Source of the DNA: an uncultured Candidatus Nemicrothrix sp.
Lineage (GTDB): Bacteria > Actinomycetota > Acidimicrobiia > Acidimicrobiales > Aldehydirespiratoraceae
Assembly: GCA_964344055.1 (NCBI GenBank)
Contig: CAYFLT010000014.1
Span: forward strand, 2,632-66,631
Direction: 5' to 3'
DNA length: 64,000 nt
Part shown: positions 38,352 through 50,334 of the stretch, one piece after another
Layout: each line of letters opens with the position of its first letter
How positions within the stretch are numbered: the stretch's first letter is position 1
Notes under the pieces: generated by a model
Databases searched by the model: none
Told to the model about the DNA's origin: nothing
The model's input: only the letters and a program-made list of their open reading frames with translations
Made by a program: the position numbers and the translations under genes

Positions 38352-38834
38352 ATGATCACCTGCGCAACCCACGGCGTCGACGAGACGAGGGTGCTGGCGG
38401 CCGCCGTCGCCGCCCACGTGGTCCACGGCGACCTCTTGATGCTGGTCGGCGACCTCGGCGCCGGCAAGACAGCCTTCACGCAGGGGTTCGCCGCAGCGCT
38501 CGGCGTGGAGGTGCCCGTCACCAGCCCGACCTTCACCCTCGCCAACCGATACGTCGGTCGGATCGTGGTCAACCATCTGGATGCCTATCGACTTGACGAC
38601 CTTGCCGAGGCGGAGGACCTCGCTCTCCCGGAGCTCCTCGAGGACGGTGTCACGCTCGTCGAGTGGGGCGACAACATCTTGCCGGTCCTTCCCCCGGATC
38701 GGCTGGAAGTCAGGATCACCCTCGGTGACGGTGACGACGATCGGTGCCTCGAGTTCGCCGGAGTCGGCCGGGCGTGGGCGGGCCGGTGGGCCGCGCTCTC
38801 TGCGGCGCTCGAACCATGGAGGGATCAATGCTGA
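38352..38834 (+). CDS. tsaE: tRNA t6A37 biosynthesis ATPase TsaE
   Basis: [15 protein letters not shown]..., ...VTSPTFTL...HLDAYRL. Confidence 0.9.
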   Translation: MITCATHGVDETRVLAAAVAAHVVHGDLLMLVGDLGAGKTAFTQGFAAALGVEVPVTSPTFTLANRYVGRIVVNHLDAYRLDDLAEAEDLALPELLEDGVTLVEWGDNILPVLPPDRLEVRITLGDGDDDRCLEFAGVGRAWAGRWAALSAALEPWRDQC

Positions 38835-39526
38835 TTCTCGGCATCGAATCGGCCACCGCTCAGGTCGGGTGTGCGATCGGTGGTCACGAGGGAGTGATCG
38901 CATCCGCCCACTCCTCACGCGGGCGGCGCCATGCAGAGTCTCTCGCTCCGCAGATCCGGTTCGTGACCCGACAGGCCGGCATCGAACTCGGCGAAATCGG
39001 TGCGGTGGCGGTCGACGTCGGACCGGGCCTGTACACCGGTCTTCGGGTCGGGGTCACCACTGCGCTGGCCATCGCCCAGACCTTGAAGGTCCCGATGATC
39101 GGTGTCACCTCGCTCGACCTGTTGGCGTTCCCGGTCGCCCACACCCGCCGGGTGATCCTCGCCACCGTCGACGCCCGGAGGGGTGAAGTCTTCCACGCCA
39201 CCTACCGTGCGGTCCCGGGCGGTGTGCAGAGGGTGAGCGACCCGGCCGTCGCCACGCCCGACGACGTGCTGTCCGAGATCGTCGCCCACCACGACGAAGT
39301 CCTGTTGGTCGGTGATGGCGCCCTTCACCATCAGGAGCTGTTCGACTCCGAGAGCGGGGTGGAGATCGCCGATCGCTGTCTGGCGTTCCCGTCGGCATCC
39401 TCGCTCGTGCTGCTCGCGCATGCGAAAGCGCTCCGGGAGGAGTTCGTCCGGCCGGACCAGATCGAACCTCTCTACCTCCGCCGCCCCGACGCGGAGGCCA
39501 AGTGGGACACCAAGGCGGGCACGTGA
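38828..39526 (+). CDS. tsaB: tRNA t6A37 biosynthesis protein TsaB
   Basis: [17 protein letters not shown]..., ...VDVGPGLYTGLRVG... GGAGGG RBS before the ATG at 38828. Confidence 0.9.
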   Translation: MLILGIESATAQVGCAIGGHEGVIASAHSSRGRRHAESLAPQIRFVTRQAGIELGEIGAVAVDVGPGLYTGLRVGVTTALAIAQTLKVPMIGVTSLDLLAFPVAHTRRVILATVDARRGEVFHATYRAVPGGVQRVSDPAVATPDDVLSEIVAHHDEVLLVGDGALHHQELFDSESGVEIADRCLAFPSASSLVLLAHAKALREEFVRPDQIEPLYLRRPDAEAKWDTKAGT

Positions 39527-40071
39527 GACCGGTTGCCCTCGAGCCGGTGGTGGTGGAGGCGATGGCGGGACGGCACATCGTCGCAGTCCATGCCATCGAC
39601 AAGTCCTGCTACAGCGCCCCGTGGTCCTCTGCCACGTGGCGCCGCGAGCTGGCTGACGCGAGTCGCAACCACCTGATCGCTCGTGTGGGCGATGAGGTGG
39701 TCGGTCACGCCGGCTCGATGCTCGTCGCCGACGAGCTCCACATCACGACCGTGGCGGTCCACCCCGACCATCAGGGTGGCGGCATCGCAACCCGGCTCGT
39801 GCTCGCCCTTCTCGATCACGCCGGGTCCACCCCCGCAGCCGCCGCGACGCTGGAGGTACGTGCCACGGCCCGCCGAACGCAACGGCTGTACGGCCGCTTC
39901 GGCTTCCGGCCTGCCGGAATCCGTCCCGGCTACTACCGCGACCCCACCGACGACGCGGTGATCATGTGGCTGCACGATCTCGGCGGGGCCGAGTCCGCCG
40001 CCCGGATCGACCGGGTGCGGGCCGAACTCGCCGGCGGGGACGGACGATCGGCGGCAGGAGAAACGACGTGA
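39523..40071 (+). CDS. rimI: Ribosomal-protein-alanine N-acetyltransferase
   Basis: GNAT motif ...ITTVAVHPDHQGGGIATRL... Position between tsaB and tsaD. GTGA overlap start (alternative ATG at 39502). Confidence 0.85.
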   Translation: MRPVALEPVVVEAMAGRHIVAVHAIDKSCYSAPWSSATWRRELADASRNHLIARVGDEVVGHAGSMLVADELHITTVAVHPDHQGGGIATRLVLALLDHAGSTPAAAATLEVRATARRTQRLYGRFGFRPAGIRPGYYRDPTDDAVIMWLHDLGGAESAARIDRVRAELAGGDGRSAAGETT

Positions 40072-41069
40072 CGGCAGATCGGATTCTCGGCATCGAGACC
40101 TCGTGTGACGAGACCGCGGCGGCGGTCGTGACCCGCGGTACCGACGTGATGAGCTCGGTCGTGTCCAGCCAGATCGAGCTCCACGCCCGGTATGGCGGTG
40201 TGGTCCCCGAGGTGGCGAGCCGGGCGCACGTCGAACTGCTGATGCCCGTCGTGGCTCAGGCGGTGATCGAAGCCGGACTCGACGACCGCGACATCGAAGC
40301 GGTCGCCGCGACTCACGGTCCGGGCCTCGTCGGCGCCTTGCTGGTCGGGGTGTCGGCCGCCAAGGCGATGGCGCTGGTGTGGGATGTGCCCTTCGTCGCG
40401 GTCAACCACCTCGAGGCCCACTTGTACGCCGCCTTTCTGGAGGAGCCAGATCTGGAGATGCCGTTGGTGGTGCTCCTCGTATCCGGTGGCCACACGATGC
40501 TGATCGTGATGGAGGACCATCTCCGGTACCGAGTTCTGGGCGCCACGCTCGACGACGCCGCCGGAGAGGCGTTCGACAAGGTCGCCCGGACCCTGGGGCT
40601 CGGCTACCCGGGCGGGCCGATCATCGACCAGCTGAGTCTCGATGGCGACCCGACAGCCATCGACTTCCCGCGGGCGATGGCCAACGATGGCTGGAACTTC
40701 TCGTTCAGCGGGGTGAAGACCGCCGTGGTGAACCACGTTCGCAAGCACCCCGACGTGGCATTGCCCGACGTGGCGGCGTCGTTCCAGGAAGCGGTGGCCG
40801 ACGTGTTGATCGACAAGGCCCGTCGGGCGGCCCACGAGGTGGGGGCGAAGGGTCTCTGTCTCGCCGGCGGGGTGGCGGCCAACTCCCGACTGAGGGAGAA
40901 GTTGCTCGACGTCTGTATGGCCGACGGATTCCGCGCCTTCCTGCCCAGCCGGGCGATGTGCACCGACAATGCCGCCATGGTGGCGGCCGCGGCCTGGTGG
41001 CGCCTCGAGGCCGACGGTCCCTCGCCCCTCGACATCGGCGCCGATCCTTCCCTCACGCTCCCCAGCTGA
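40068..41069 (+). CDS. tsaD: tRNA N6-adenosine threonylcarbamoyltransferase TsaD
   Basis: ILGIETSCDETAAAVV..., ...VSGGHT..., ...LCLAGGVAANS.LR... Confidence 0.95.
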   Translation: MTADRILGIETSCDETAAAVVTRGTDVMSSVVSSQIELHARYGGVVPEVASRAHVELLMPVVAQAVIEAGLDDRDIEAVAATHGPGLVGALLVGVSAAKAMALVWDVPFVAVNHLEAHLYAAFLEEPDLEMPLVVLLVSGGHTMLIVMEDHLRYRVLGATLDDAAGEAFDKVARTLGLGYPGGPIIDQLSLDGDPTAIDFPRAMANDGWNFSFSGVKTAVVNHVRKHPDVALPDVAASFQEAVADVLIDKARRAAHEVGAKGLCLAGGVAANSRLREKLLDVCMADGFRAFLPSRAMCTDNAAMVAAAAWWRLEADGPSPLDIGADPSLTLPS

Positions 41070-41167
41070 CGGTTGCTCCTGGGGTCCGACGCCCGGTGCC
41101 TCTCGGCTGCGCCAGGTCGGCGAACGCCGGCTCGCTGGGTTGTCGACCTCGGGTCGGCCTTCTATCG

Positions 41168-41194
41168 TTAGCACTCGGCATATCAGAGTGCTAA
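41168..41194. promoter_or_regulatory. CIRCE operator (HrcA binding site) upstream of groES
   Basis: TTAGCACTC-GGCATATCA-GAGTGCTAA is a perfect match to the consensus TTAGCACTC-N9-GAGTGCTAA, 49 nt before the groES ATG. Confidence 0.9.
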
Positions 41195-41242
41195 CCCCGC
41201 GTTGGGCCGTCGCCCACGCACTGACCGATCTCGGAGGATCGA

Positions 41243-43191
<1,949 letters not shown>

Positions 43192-43246
43192 TGCCCTCGG
43201 GCATCGCATCCCACGACGGAGCGTGATGCCTCGAACAGGGTTTTCT

Positions 43247-43281
43247 GGACGTCAGCGCGCGTTAGGCGCGCGCTGACGTCC
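43247..43281. terminator. 15-bp GC-rich hairpin GGACGTCAGCGCGCG-loop-CGCGCGCTGACGTCC after groEL (a smaller hairpin lies at 43190-43205)
   Basis: Read directly, 56 nt downstream of the groEL stop. Confidence 0.7.
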
Positions 43282-43309
43282 ATAGAACTGTCGGGACGGT
43301 CCGGGTTTC

Positions 43310-43774
43310 GTGCCCGGGCCGTCTCGCGTTTTGGGTACCGTGCGCGAGGTGAGGACGAGCCGCGTGGGATGGGTCGGGGTCGGGGCGGGTCTGGCCGCGG
43401 CTGTCGGTCTGCTGGCGCCGTGGGCTCGCAGCGGTTCGGTGGACCGGTCGAGTGTCGATCTTCTGCGGTCGGCTGGAATCCTCGACGTGATCTCCGGATG
43501 GCAACGACCGGCCACGATCCTGGCCTGGTATCTCGTGGTCCTGCTGGCGGCCGCGGCCCTGGTTGCGGCCGCGTGGGGAAGAACGCGATTGAGCGCACTG
43601 GTGCTCTTCCCGGTCGGGCCGGCCCTGCTGGTGGCGCTCGTCATCGTCGTCCGATCACCCTTGCCGGTGCGGTGGGGTGCGGTGATGTCGACCGGGTTCG
43701 GCCTGACGGCAACGACGGCCGCGGGTCTGATACTCATGAGGGGCGCGATCCGGCGGAAGGACGGCTGCGAGTGA
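43310..43774 (+). CDS. Hypothetical integral membrane protein (about 4 TM)
   Basis: Hydrophobic spans with good GC3. Start ambiguous: GTG at 43310, 43340 or 43364, the last preceded by GAGGTGAGGA. Stop overlaps the next gene start (GTGA). Confidence 0.55.
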   Translation: MPGPSRVLGTVREVRTSRVGWVGVGAGLAAAVGLLAPWARSGSVDRSSVDLLRSAGILDVISGWQRPATILAWYLVVLLAAAALVAAAWGRTRLSALVLFPVGPALLVALVIVVRSPLPVRWGAVMSTGFGLTATTAAGLILMRGAIRRKDGCE

Positions 43775-45837
43775 CCGACAGCGACGATCAGAGTCCCTGG
43801 GCTCCCCGACCCGAGGGTGAGACACCCTCGCCACCCGAGGCGTCCCCGGCCACACCGATCGACGATCCCTGGGCTCCACCGGTGCAGGAGCCTCCCCCCG
43901 TTGTCGCCGCCCGGCCCCGCCCGCCGCAAGCCGACGCTGCCTCTGCGGCGCCAACCGGGTCGCCCGCGGGTGAATTCCCGGGGGAGGTGCCGCCCCCGGT
44001 CGAGTCGGTCACGGTCGGGCCGATGGGCGCGGAGACCGCGCCGCGGCGCCGGCGAGCCGGTCGTGGCCTCGCCTTGGTCGCGGCGGCAGCCCTCATCGCC
44101 GGCGGTGGCTATGCGGCTCTCGATGCCGGAAGTGCGTCCGGTGGAGCCGACAGCCCGGAGGCCGCCCTGGAGCTGATGTTCGACGCGCTCTCTGCCGAGG
44201 ATCTCGTCGCGGCCGCCGAGCTCGTGGAGCCCGCCGAGCGAGAGACCCTGGTTCAGGCGGGATTCGATCTCTCCGAAGAGCTGGTGCGCCTCGAGGTGCT
44301 GGCGGGTGACTTCGATCTGGAGGCGCTCGCGGGGATCGATGTCGAGTTCGCCGGAGTCGACGTGCGAGCCGAGATTCCTCGCTCCGGTATTGCTCACCTG
44401 TACGTCGAAGGCGGCTCGGCGACCGCGTCGGTCGACGTCTCCGAGATGCCCCTGGGACGGCTTCTCCTCGACCGCTTCCCTGCGGACTGGCTGGACGTCA
44501 CCGAGTCCGACACCGCCACCATGACACCGACGGAGACACCGGTGGTGGCCATCGAGCGTGACGGCCGCTGGTACCTGAGCCTCTGGTACACAGTGGCCGA
44601 GAACGCCCGCCTGGCCGCCGACGCCGACCACCCCGATCGCGGCCGCCGGCCTCCCCGGATCGGTGGTGAGTCGCCCGAGGAGGCGGTCGGTCTCCTCCTC
44701 GAGGAGGCGCTCCGGCTCGACATCCGACGCATGATCGGCATGCTCGATCCGGAGGAGGCGGCCGCGCTCTACGACTACGCACCGCTGTTCCTGGATGCCG
44801 CCACCGCGACGGCGAACGAGACGCTCCAGGCCCTTCGAGACGATGGTTGGGAGTGGGAGCTCGAGTCGGTCACGCTCGACCAGGTTGCGTCCACCGACGA
44901 CACCGCGACCGTGGCGATCGAGGCGCTGGACTTCGCGGCGAGAACCCAGGAGGCATCGTTGGACGTGGAGTTCGAGGCGAACTCCGTACGGATCGCCTAC
45001 CAGGGCCTCGACTACTGGGACGAGCCCGAGGGCTTCGAGCTCGTGTCCGACAGCGAGTGCTTCACCATGACCTTCACCGACTTCGCCGGCACCCAGTCGG
45101 AACACGTCTGCGTGGACGACATGCTGCCGCCGGGTCTCGACGCTTCGGTGCTCACACCGCTCACCGATCTCGGTTCGATCGGCATCGTCACCCACCTGGT
45201 CGACGACCGCTGGTACATCTCCCCGATCCGAACCGGTACCGAGACCTACCTCACGATCCTGCGGTCGATGTCGCCTGAACCTGGCGCAGATGGTCGACGG
45301 GCTGGTCGCATTCACCGAGTCGATCCAGGGCGGCGAACTCTTCCTCCCGGGCCTGGCCACGCCGGGCCTCCCGGGCCTGGCCACACCGGCCTTCGGCACC
45401 ATCGAGACGACGGCGGTTCCGCCGGTGGCACCCGAGATCGCTCTGGAGAACGAGGACCTCCTCGACAGCGGCTACGCGGTCCTGTTCGCCTACGACCTCG
45501 AGTCGGAGACCGCAGGTCTGGAGATCGAGTGGATGGTCCCCGAACTCGCCGAGTTGCCGGTCGAGCGGGGCGTCTCCACCACCGTGGCCACGTCCTCGGG
45601 GAATGCCGCCCTTGTGGTCCTGATGCGCTGCTCGCAATGGAGGTCGCCCGGAGCATCGACGGCGTCTCTGATCTGCTCCTCGCACCCGACGATGGTGCGA
45701 TGCAGGTGGTCCAGGTCCCCTCGGAGTTCAACACGAACACGATGATCGGGGTCGTGGGCACCCGGGTCGTCATCGCGAACTCCTACGGCGCAACCGAGAG
45801 CGACATGTTCGCCCTCGTCCTCGATCACCTCGCCTGA
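43771..45837 (+). CDS. Hypothetical membrane-anchored extracytoplasmic protein (Pro-rich N-terminus, one TM) carrying two compensating frameshifts (~45274 and ~45622)
   Basis: The frame-1 ORF is continuous. Between 45275 and 45621, however, GC3 and amino-acid composition are coding-like only in the +1 frame (track ORF 45290-45745: MVDGLVAFTESIQGG...). Confidence 0.6.
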   Translation: MTDSDDQSPWAPRPEGETPSPPEASPATPIDDPWAPPVQEPPPVVAARPRPPQADAASAAPTGSPAGEFPGEVPPPVESVTVGPMGAETAPRRRRAGRGLALVAAAALIAGGGYAALDAGSASGGADSPEAALELMFDALSAEDLVAAAELVEPAERETLVQAGFDLSEELVRLEVLAGDFDLEALAGIDVEFAGVDVRAEIPRSGIAHLYVEGGSATASVDVSEMPLGRLLLDRFPADWLDVTESDTATMTPTETPVVAIERDGRWYLSLWYTVAENARLAADADHPDRGRRPPRIGGESPEEAVGLLLEEALRLDIRRMIGMLDPEEAAALYDYAPLFLDAATATANETLQALRDDGWEWELESVTLDQVASTDDTATVAIEALDFAARTQEASLDVEFEANSVRIAYQGLDYWDEPEGFELVSDSECFTMTFTDFAGTQSEHVCVDDMLPPGLDASVLTPLTDLGSIGIVTHLVDDRWYISPIRTGTETYLTILRSMSPEPGADGRRAGRIHRVDPGRRTLPPGPGHAGPPGPGHTGLRHHRDDGGSAGGTRDRSGERGPPRQRLRGPVRLRPRVGDRRSGDRVDGPRTRRVAGRAGRLHHRGHVLGECRPCGPDALLAMEVARSIDGVSDLLLAPDDGAMQVVQVPSEFNTNTMIGVVGTRVVIANSYGATESDMFALVLDHLA

Positions 45838-45878
45838 CATCGAACCCGGTCCGCCGAGGGTCTCGATAGCCTGCCGCC

Positions 45879-46028
45879 ATGGAGAAGCCGCCACCCGATC
45901 CGCAGAAGCTGCTCGCCTACTGGAGTGAGTGGGAGAGCGGTGAAACCCCACCGGGCAAGGTGATCAGCAACCTGAAGACCGCGGGTCTGCCCGAGCTGCT
46001 GCAGTCGCTGGTCGAGGCCGACTCCTGA
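45879..46028 (+). CDS. Small hypothetical protein, 49 aa (MEKPPPDPQKLLAYWSEWESGETPPGKVISNLKTAGLPELLQSLVEADS)
   Basis: Hand-found ORF with high GC3 and balanced composition. Below the track cutoff. Confidence 0.45.
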   Translation: MEKPPPDPQKLLAYWSEWESGETPPGKVISNLKTAGLPELLQSLVEADS

Positions 46029-46084
46029 CCCACTCGCCCGACTCCGTCGACTCGCCCGACGAGTGGCCGGAGGCCCCACCGCTG

Positions 46085-46807
46085 GTGCCCATCCCCGATG
46101 GGCGCGGTGGACCACAGCGAATCCCCCGCCCGCCGACGGCGCGACTGGGGGGTCCCGCGCCGTGGTCTCAACTGGCCGAGCCGGATCGAAACCTCACCGT
46201 TGATCGTGTGGCGGATGCACTCGGCCGTCGTCAGTCCATGATCCGCGGTTCGGTGCCTCCCGGCACCCGTGAGTCCGCGGTGCTCGCCATCCTCTACGAG
46301 GACCACGACGGCCCACATGTCGTCCTCACCCGCCGTTCGCCGCGAATGCGACACCACGCCCACGAGATGTCGTTCCCGGGGGGCCGGCGTGACCCGGAGG
46401 ATCCGGACCTGTGGTCCACCGCGGTCCGCGAGTCGATCGAGGAGGTGGCGCTGGATCCGGCGGCCATCGAGCCGATCGGAGAGCTCGACAGCTTCGTCAC
46501 CGGAGGGTCCGGCGTGCTGGTTCATCCGTTCGTCGCGGTGGCCGACCGGCGTCCCGATCTGAAGGTGGCTTCTCCGGTGGAGGTCGAGTCGATCCGCCAC
46601 GTGAGTCTCACCGAGCTGCTCCTCGACGTCGTCTGGCGTGAGGAGGTCTGGCCGGCTTTCGGTGCTCGACCGGAGCGGGCCTTCACCTTCTTCGAGCTCA
46701 TGGGCGACACGATCTGGGGCGCGACGGGTTCGATGCTCCGTCAGCTGCTTGCGGTCGCCACCGGTGCCGACGACGACCTCGCCCGCGAGCGAGGACTCCG
46801 GAAGTAG
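46085..46807 (+). CDS. Nudix hydrolase (CoA-pyrophosphatase-like)
   Basis: Nudix box FPGGRRDPEDPDLWSTAVRESIEEVAL. Start uncertain. Confidence 0.8.
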   Translation: MPIPDGRGGPQRIPRPPTARLGGPAPWSQLAEPDRNLTVDRVADALGRRQSMIRGSVPPGTRESAVLAILYEDHDGPHVVLTRRSPRMRHHAHEMSFPGGRRDPEDPDLWSTAVRESIEEVALDPAAIEPIGELDSFVTGGSGVLVHPFVAVADRRPDLKVASPVEVESIRHVSLTELLLDVVWREEVWPAFGARPERAFTFFELMGDTIWGATGSMLRQLLAVATGADDDLARERGLRK

Positions 46808-46816
46808 TCTCGACTG

Positions 46817-47209
46817 ATGCCGGAGATCCGCTTCCACGCCGACACCCACCCGGAGTTGGTGCGTCAGGTTCGTGTCTGGTTGGAGTCGACCGAGAGCGAG
46901 CGGACCGCAGCCGAGGTGGTGGAGGCGAGTGCGGACGTCACCAAGGACGCGCTCCGCCTGATCGCGGCATCGGCGCCGGCTCCGATCGCGGACAGCGACC
47001 TCGTCGCGGGGCTCACCGAGCTCGGCTACCGGGCCACCGACGCCAGCCGTGACGCGATCATGGCCGGCCTCGACGGCCTGGCCTCGGTCACCGATGGCCG
47101 TCTCCTCAAGCGGGTGTCGGGGGAGGGGGCGAAGGCTGCGTACGAGATGAACTCCGGCGTGGCCAAACAGCTCCTGAAGTCCATCCTCAGGCAGGACTCG
47201 AGCCGCTAG
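46817..47209 (+). CDS. Hypothetical protein
   Basis: 130-aa ORF with good GC3 and no recognisable motif. Confidence 0.55.
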   Translation: MPEIRFHADTHPELVRQVRVWLESTESERTAAEVVEASADVTKDALRLIAASAPAPIADSDLVAGLTELGYRATDASRDAIMAGLDGLASVTDGRLLKRVSGEGAKAAYEMNSGVAKQLLKSILRQDSSR

Positions 47210-47261
47210 GATTCACTCTTTCCACGGCTGGGGCACGGCCCCCGGACGGAAGGGTCGGAGC

Positions 47262-48119
47262 GTGACCGAGATCCAGATCGGGCGAGGAAAGCAGGCCCGG
47301 CAGGCGTATGAGCTGGCCGACGTTGCGATCGTCCCCACGCGACGCACCCGTGACCCCGAAGATGTCGACCTCTCGTGGAAGATCGACGCCTACAAGCTCG
47401 GACTCCCGTTGCTGGCCGGTGGCGCACTCCAACCGGCGGAGGCCAACGCAGTCGGTCGGCTCGGTGCGATCGGCGTGGTCGACGTCGAAGCCCTGTGGGA
47501 CGAACATCAGGATCCAGCCGCACTCAAGGACCAGATCGCGGAGGCGAAGGATGGCGGTGTGCGGTGTGCGGCCGGCTTCAGCCCGAACCGGGCTGAGGAA
47601 CTCGTGGATCATGCACTCGCCGCCGAAGCCGATCTGCTCATGATCCGCGCCGGGATCGTGTCGGCCGAACACGTGTCGTCCTCCGGCCCCACCCTGAACC
47701 TGAAGACCTTCATCCGTGCGCTCGACGTCCCGGTCGTCGTCGGGGGATGCGCCAGTTACAACGCGGCGCTCCACCTGATGCGCACGGGTGCGGCGGGTGT
47801 GATCGTGGGCGTCTCCCGGCCGGAACTCGGGATCGCCGTCCCACTGGCCACGGCGATCGCCGATGCTCGAGCGGCCCGGGTCCGGCATCTGGACGAGACG
47901 AGCGTGTACTGCCACATCATTGCGGCGGGCGGTATCGGCGCCGGACTCGACGTCACCAAGGCGCTGGCCATCGGGGCCGACGCGGCGATGGTCGACGCGT
48001 CGCTCCTGCTGCAGGCCGACGGAGGCCGAACGGTCGACGACGTCCTTCGCCGGGCGATGGCCAAGTGCGGCTACACCGACGTCAAGGCGTTCCAGAAGGC
48101 CGAAGTGGTCGTGCGATGA
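47262..48119 (+). CDS. GuaB3-like IMP-dehydrogenase-related protein (short, 285 aa)
   Basis: ...[15 protein letters not shown]...NLKTFI..LDVPVV.GG......[15 protein letters not shown]... and ...[14 protein letters not shown]. resemble mycobacterial GuaB3. About 90 aa shorter than remembered homologs. Confidence 0.75.
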   Translation: MTEIQIGRGKQARQAYELADVAIVPTRRTRDPEDVDLSWKIDAYKLGLPLLAGGALQPAEANAVGRLGAIGVVDVEALWDEHQDPAALKDQIAEAKDGGVRCAAGFSPNRAEELVDHALAAEADLLMIRAGIVSAEHVSSSGPTLNLKTFIRALDVPVVVGGCASYNAALHLMRTGAAGVIVGVSRPELGIAVPLATAIADARAARVRHLDETSVYCHIIAAGGIGAGLDVTKALAIGADAAMVDASLLLQADGGRTVDDVLRRAMAKCGYTDVKAFQKAEVVVR

Positions 48120-49684
48120 ACGCCCAACGACCGGCACCGGGCGTCGATGGTGGCTTCGCCACCGTTCTGGTCGTCGACTTCGGTGCCCAGTACGCCCAAC
48201 TCATCGCTCGCCGCGTGCGGGAAGCCCACGTGTACAGCGAGATCGTCGCCCCCACCATCACCGCCGACGAGGTTCGGGCCAAGAACCCGGCCGGGATCAT
48301 CTTCAGTGGCGGGCCGGCGTCGGTGCACGTCGAGGGTGCGCCGAGGATCGACCCCGAGGTCTACGAACTCGGCGTTCCGATCCTGGGCATCTGCTACGGG
48401 GCGCAGCTGATCGCCCAGGACCGTGGTGGCCTGGTCGACCGCAACGATCGGGGCGAGTACGGCCGCACCACGATGACCGTCGATGGCAGTGGCGGCACGC
48501 TCCTTCGAGGCACCCCCGCCGAGCAGCCGGTGTGGATGAGTCACTTCGACGCGATCGTGAAGCCGCCTCCGGGCGTCAGCGCCACCGCCTCAACGCCCGA
48601 TGCGCCGGTCGCCGCCTTCGAAGACCGTGACCAGAAGCTCTACGCCGTGCAGTTCCATCCCGAGGTGATGCACACCCCGCACGGTCAACACGTGATCGAG
48701 CAGTTCCTTCGGGAGGCCTGCGCGGCCGAGCCGTCGTGGACGATGGCCTCGATCATCGACACGGCGGTGGAGCAGATCCGCGAGCAGGTGGGGGATCGAC
48801 AGGCGTTGTGCGGGCTCTCGGGCGGTGTCGATTCGGCCGTTGCGGCGGCTCTGGTCCACAAGGCGATCGGCGATCAGCTCACTTGCGTGTTCGTCGACAC
48901 CGGCCTGATGCGACTGAACGAGGGCGAGCAGGTCGTCGACACGTTCGACCGTCATCTCGGTCTGCGGCTGATCCACGTGAAGGCCGCGGATCGCTTCTTC
49001 GAGGCGCTGGAGGGAATCACCGAACCGGAGGCCAAGCGCAAGGCGATCGGCGAGCTGTTCATCCGGGTGTTCGAGGATGCGAAGGCCCAGGTCACCGATG
49101 CGGAGTTCCTGGTGCAGGGAACCCTGTACCCCGATGTCATCGAGTCGGGCAGCGAGCACGCGGCCACGATCAAGAGCCACCACAACGTGGGCGGCCTGCC
49201 CGACGACATGGAGTTCGAGCTGGTCGAGCCTCTGCGGAGCCTGTTCAAGGACGAGGTGCGCAAGGTCGGCAGCGAGTTGGGTCTGCCCGACGAGATCGTC
49301 CAGCGGCAGCCGTTCCCGGGTCCCGGTCTCGGTGTTCGCATCATCGGTGAGGTCACCCCCGACAAGGTGGCCACGCTGCAGCATGCCGACGCCATCGTTC
49401 GCGAAGAGCTGAAGATCGCCGGGCTGGAGCGGGAGATCTGGCAGTCGTTCGCGGTGTTGCCCGACATCCGGTCGGTCGGCGTGATGGGTGACGAACGCAC
49501 CTACGGCTACCCGATCATCATCCGTGCGGTCACCAGCGAGGACGCCATGACCGCCGACTGGGCTCGCATCCCCTACGAGGTGCTCGAGACGATGAGCAGC
49601 CGGGTGATCAACGAGGTTCCCGGGGTGAACCGCGTCGCCTACGACATCACGTCGAAACCTCCCGGCACCATCGAGTGGGAGTAG
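48116..49684 (+). CDS. guaA: GMP synthase (glutamine-hydrolysing)
   Basis: GATase ...[10 protein letters not shown]..., ATP-PPase SGGVDSAV, C-terminal ...[13 protein letters not shown] overlap start at 48116. Confidence 0.97.
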   Translation: MNAQRPAPGVDGGFATVLVVDFGAQYAQLIARRVREAHVYSEIVAPTITADEVRAKNPAGIIFSGGPASVHVEGAPRIDPEVYELGVPILGICYGAQLIAQDRGGLVDRNDRGEYGRTTMTVDGSGGTLLRGTPAEQPVWMSHFDAIVKPPPGVSATASTPDAPVAAFEDRDQKLYAVQFHPEVMHTPHGQHVIEQFLREACAAEPSWTMASIIDTAVEQIREQVGDRQALCGLSGGVDSAVAAALVHKAIGDQLTCVFVDTGLMRLNEGEQVVDTFDRHLGLRLIHVKAADRFFEALEGITEPEAKRKAIGELFIRVFEDAKAQVTDAEFLVQGTLYPDVIESGSEHAATIKSHHNVGGLPDDMEFELVEPLRSLFKDEVRKVGSELGLPDEIVQRQPFPGPGLGVRIIGEVTPDKVATLQHADAIVREELKIAGLEREIWQSFAVLPDIRSVGVMGDERTYGYPIIIRAVTSEDAMTADWARIPYEVLETMSSRVINEVPGVNRVAYDITSKPPGTIEWE

Positions 49685-49688
49685 GGGG

Positions 49689-50270
49689 GTGAGCGCGACC
49701 GCGCTCGACGAGGCCGCCTACCAGCGCGCCGCGGCCCTCTTCGGCGAGACCATCTCGGTCCTCTCCGACGACGAGTGGGAGCAGCCGACCCGGCCCGAAA
49801 GCTGGACTGCCGTCACCACGGCCGCGTGGGTCGTGGTGGGTGACGCTCAGATCACCGACGCGCTCGCCACCGGTGAGGTGCGACCGGTCGCCGACTTCGA
49901 CGCGGCGATCCTCGGCTCGAACCCGGTGGCCACGTGGCGCGGGACAGCAGTAGGCGCCATCGGCGCGCTCCGTGACGAAGGCGCGATGACCACGGTGGTC
50001 CGTCACCCCGACGGCTCGTTCGCCGTGGCCGACCTCGTCGCCCAGCGGATCACCGAAAACCTGGTGAGGGCCTGGGACATCGGGGAGGCGGTCGACCGGA
50101 CTGTGGAGATCCCCGAGGATCTCGCCGAGGCGTGTCTCGACTTCTGGGCCCTGCACGCCGATGCGGTGCTGCGCGGCGGAATCCTTCCTGCAGAACCGAT
50201 CGAGCCAGCGGCCGATGCCGGCCCGGCCACCCGCCTCCTCGCTCTCATGGGCCGAACACCCTCCACTTGA
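49689..50270 (+). CDS. DinB/mycothiol-maleylpyruvate-isomerase-N-like (TIGR03086-type) protein, tentative
   Basis: Length and the pattern ...LSDDEWEQPT..ESWT..., ...RLLALMGR.P resemble that family. Weak call. Confidence 0.4.
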   Translation: MSATALDEAAYQRAAALFGETISVLSDDEWEQPTRPESWTAVTTAAWVVVGDAQITDALATGEVRPVADFDAAILGSNPVATWRGTAVGAIGALRDEGAMTTVVRHPDGSFAVADLVAQRITENLVRAWDIGEAVDRTVEIPEDLAEACLDFWALHADAVLRGGILPAEPIEPAADAGPATRLLALMGRTPST

Positions 50271-50334
50271 GCGAAGGTCGGGGAAGCCAGGGGCGAGGAA
50301 TTCCCTGCGGTGCCCGGATTCGGCGGGTTCGACC

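Noticed and set aside
43252-45402. 716-aa minus-strand ORF opposite the two hypothetical genes
   Set aside because: The product is R/G/P-rich with poor GC3 periodicity compared with the plus-strand frames.
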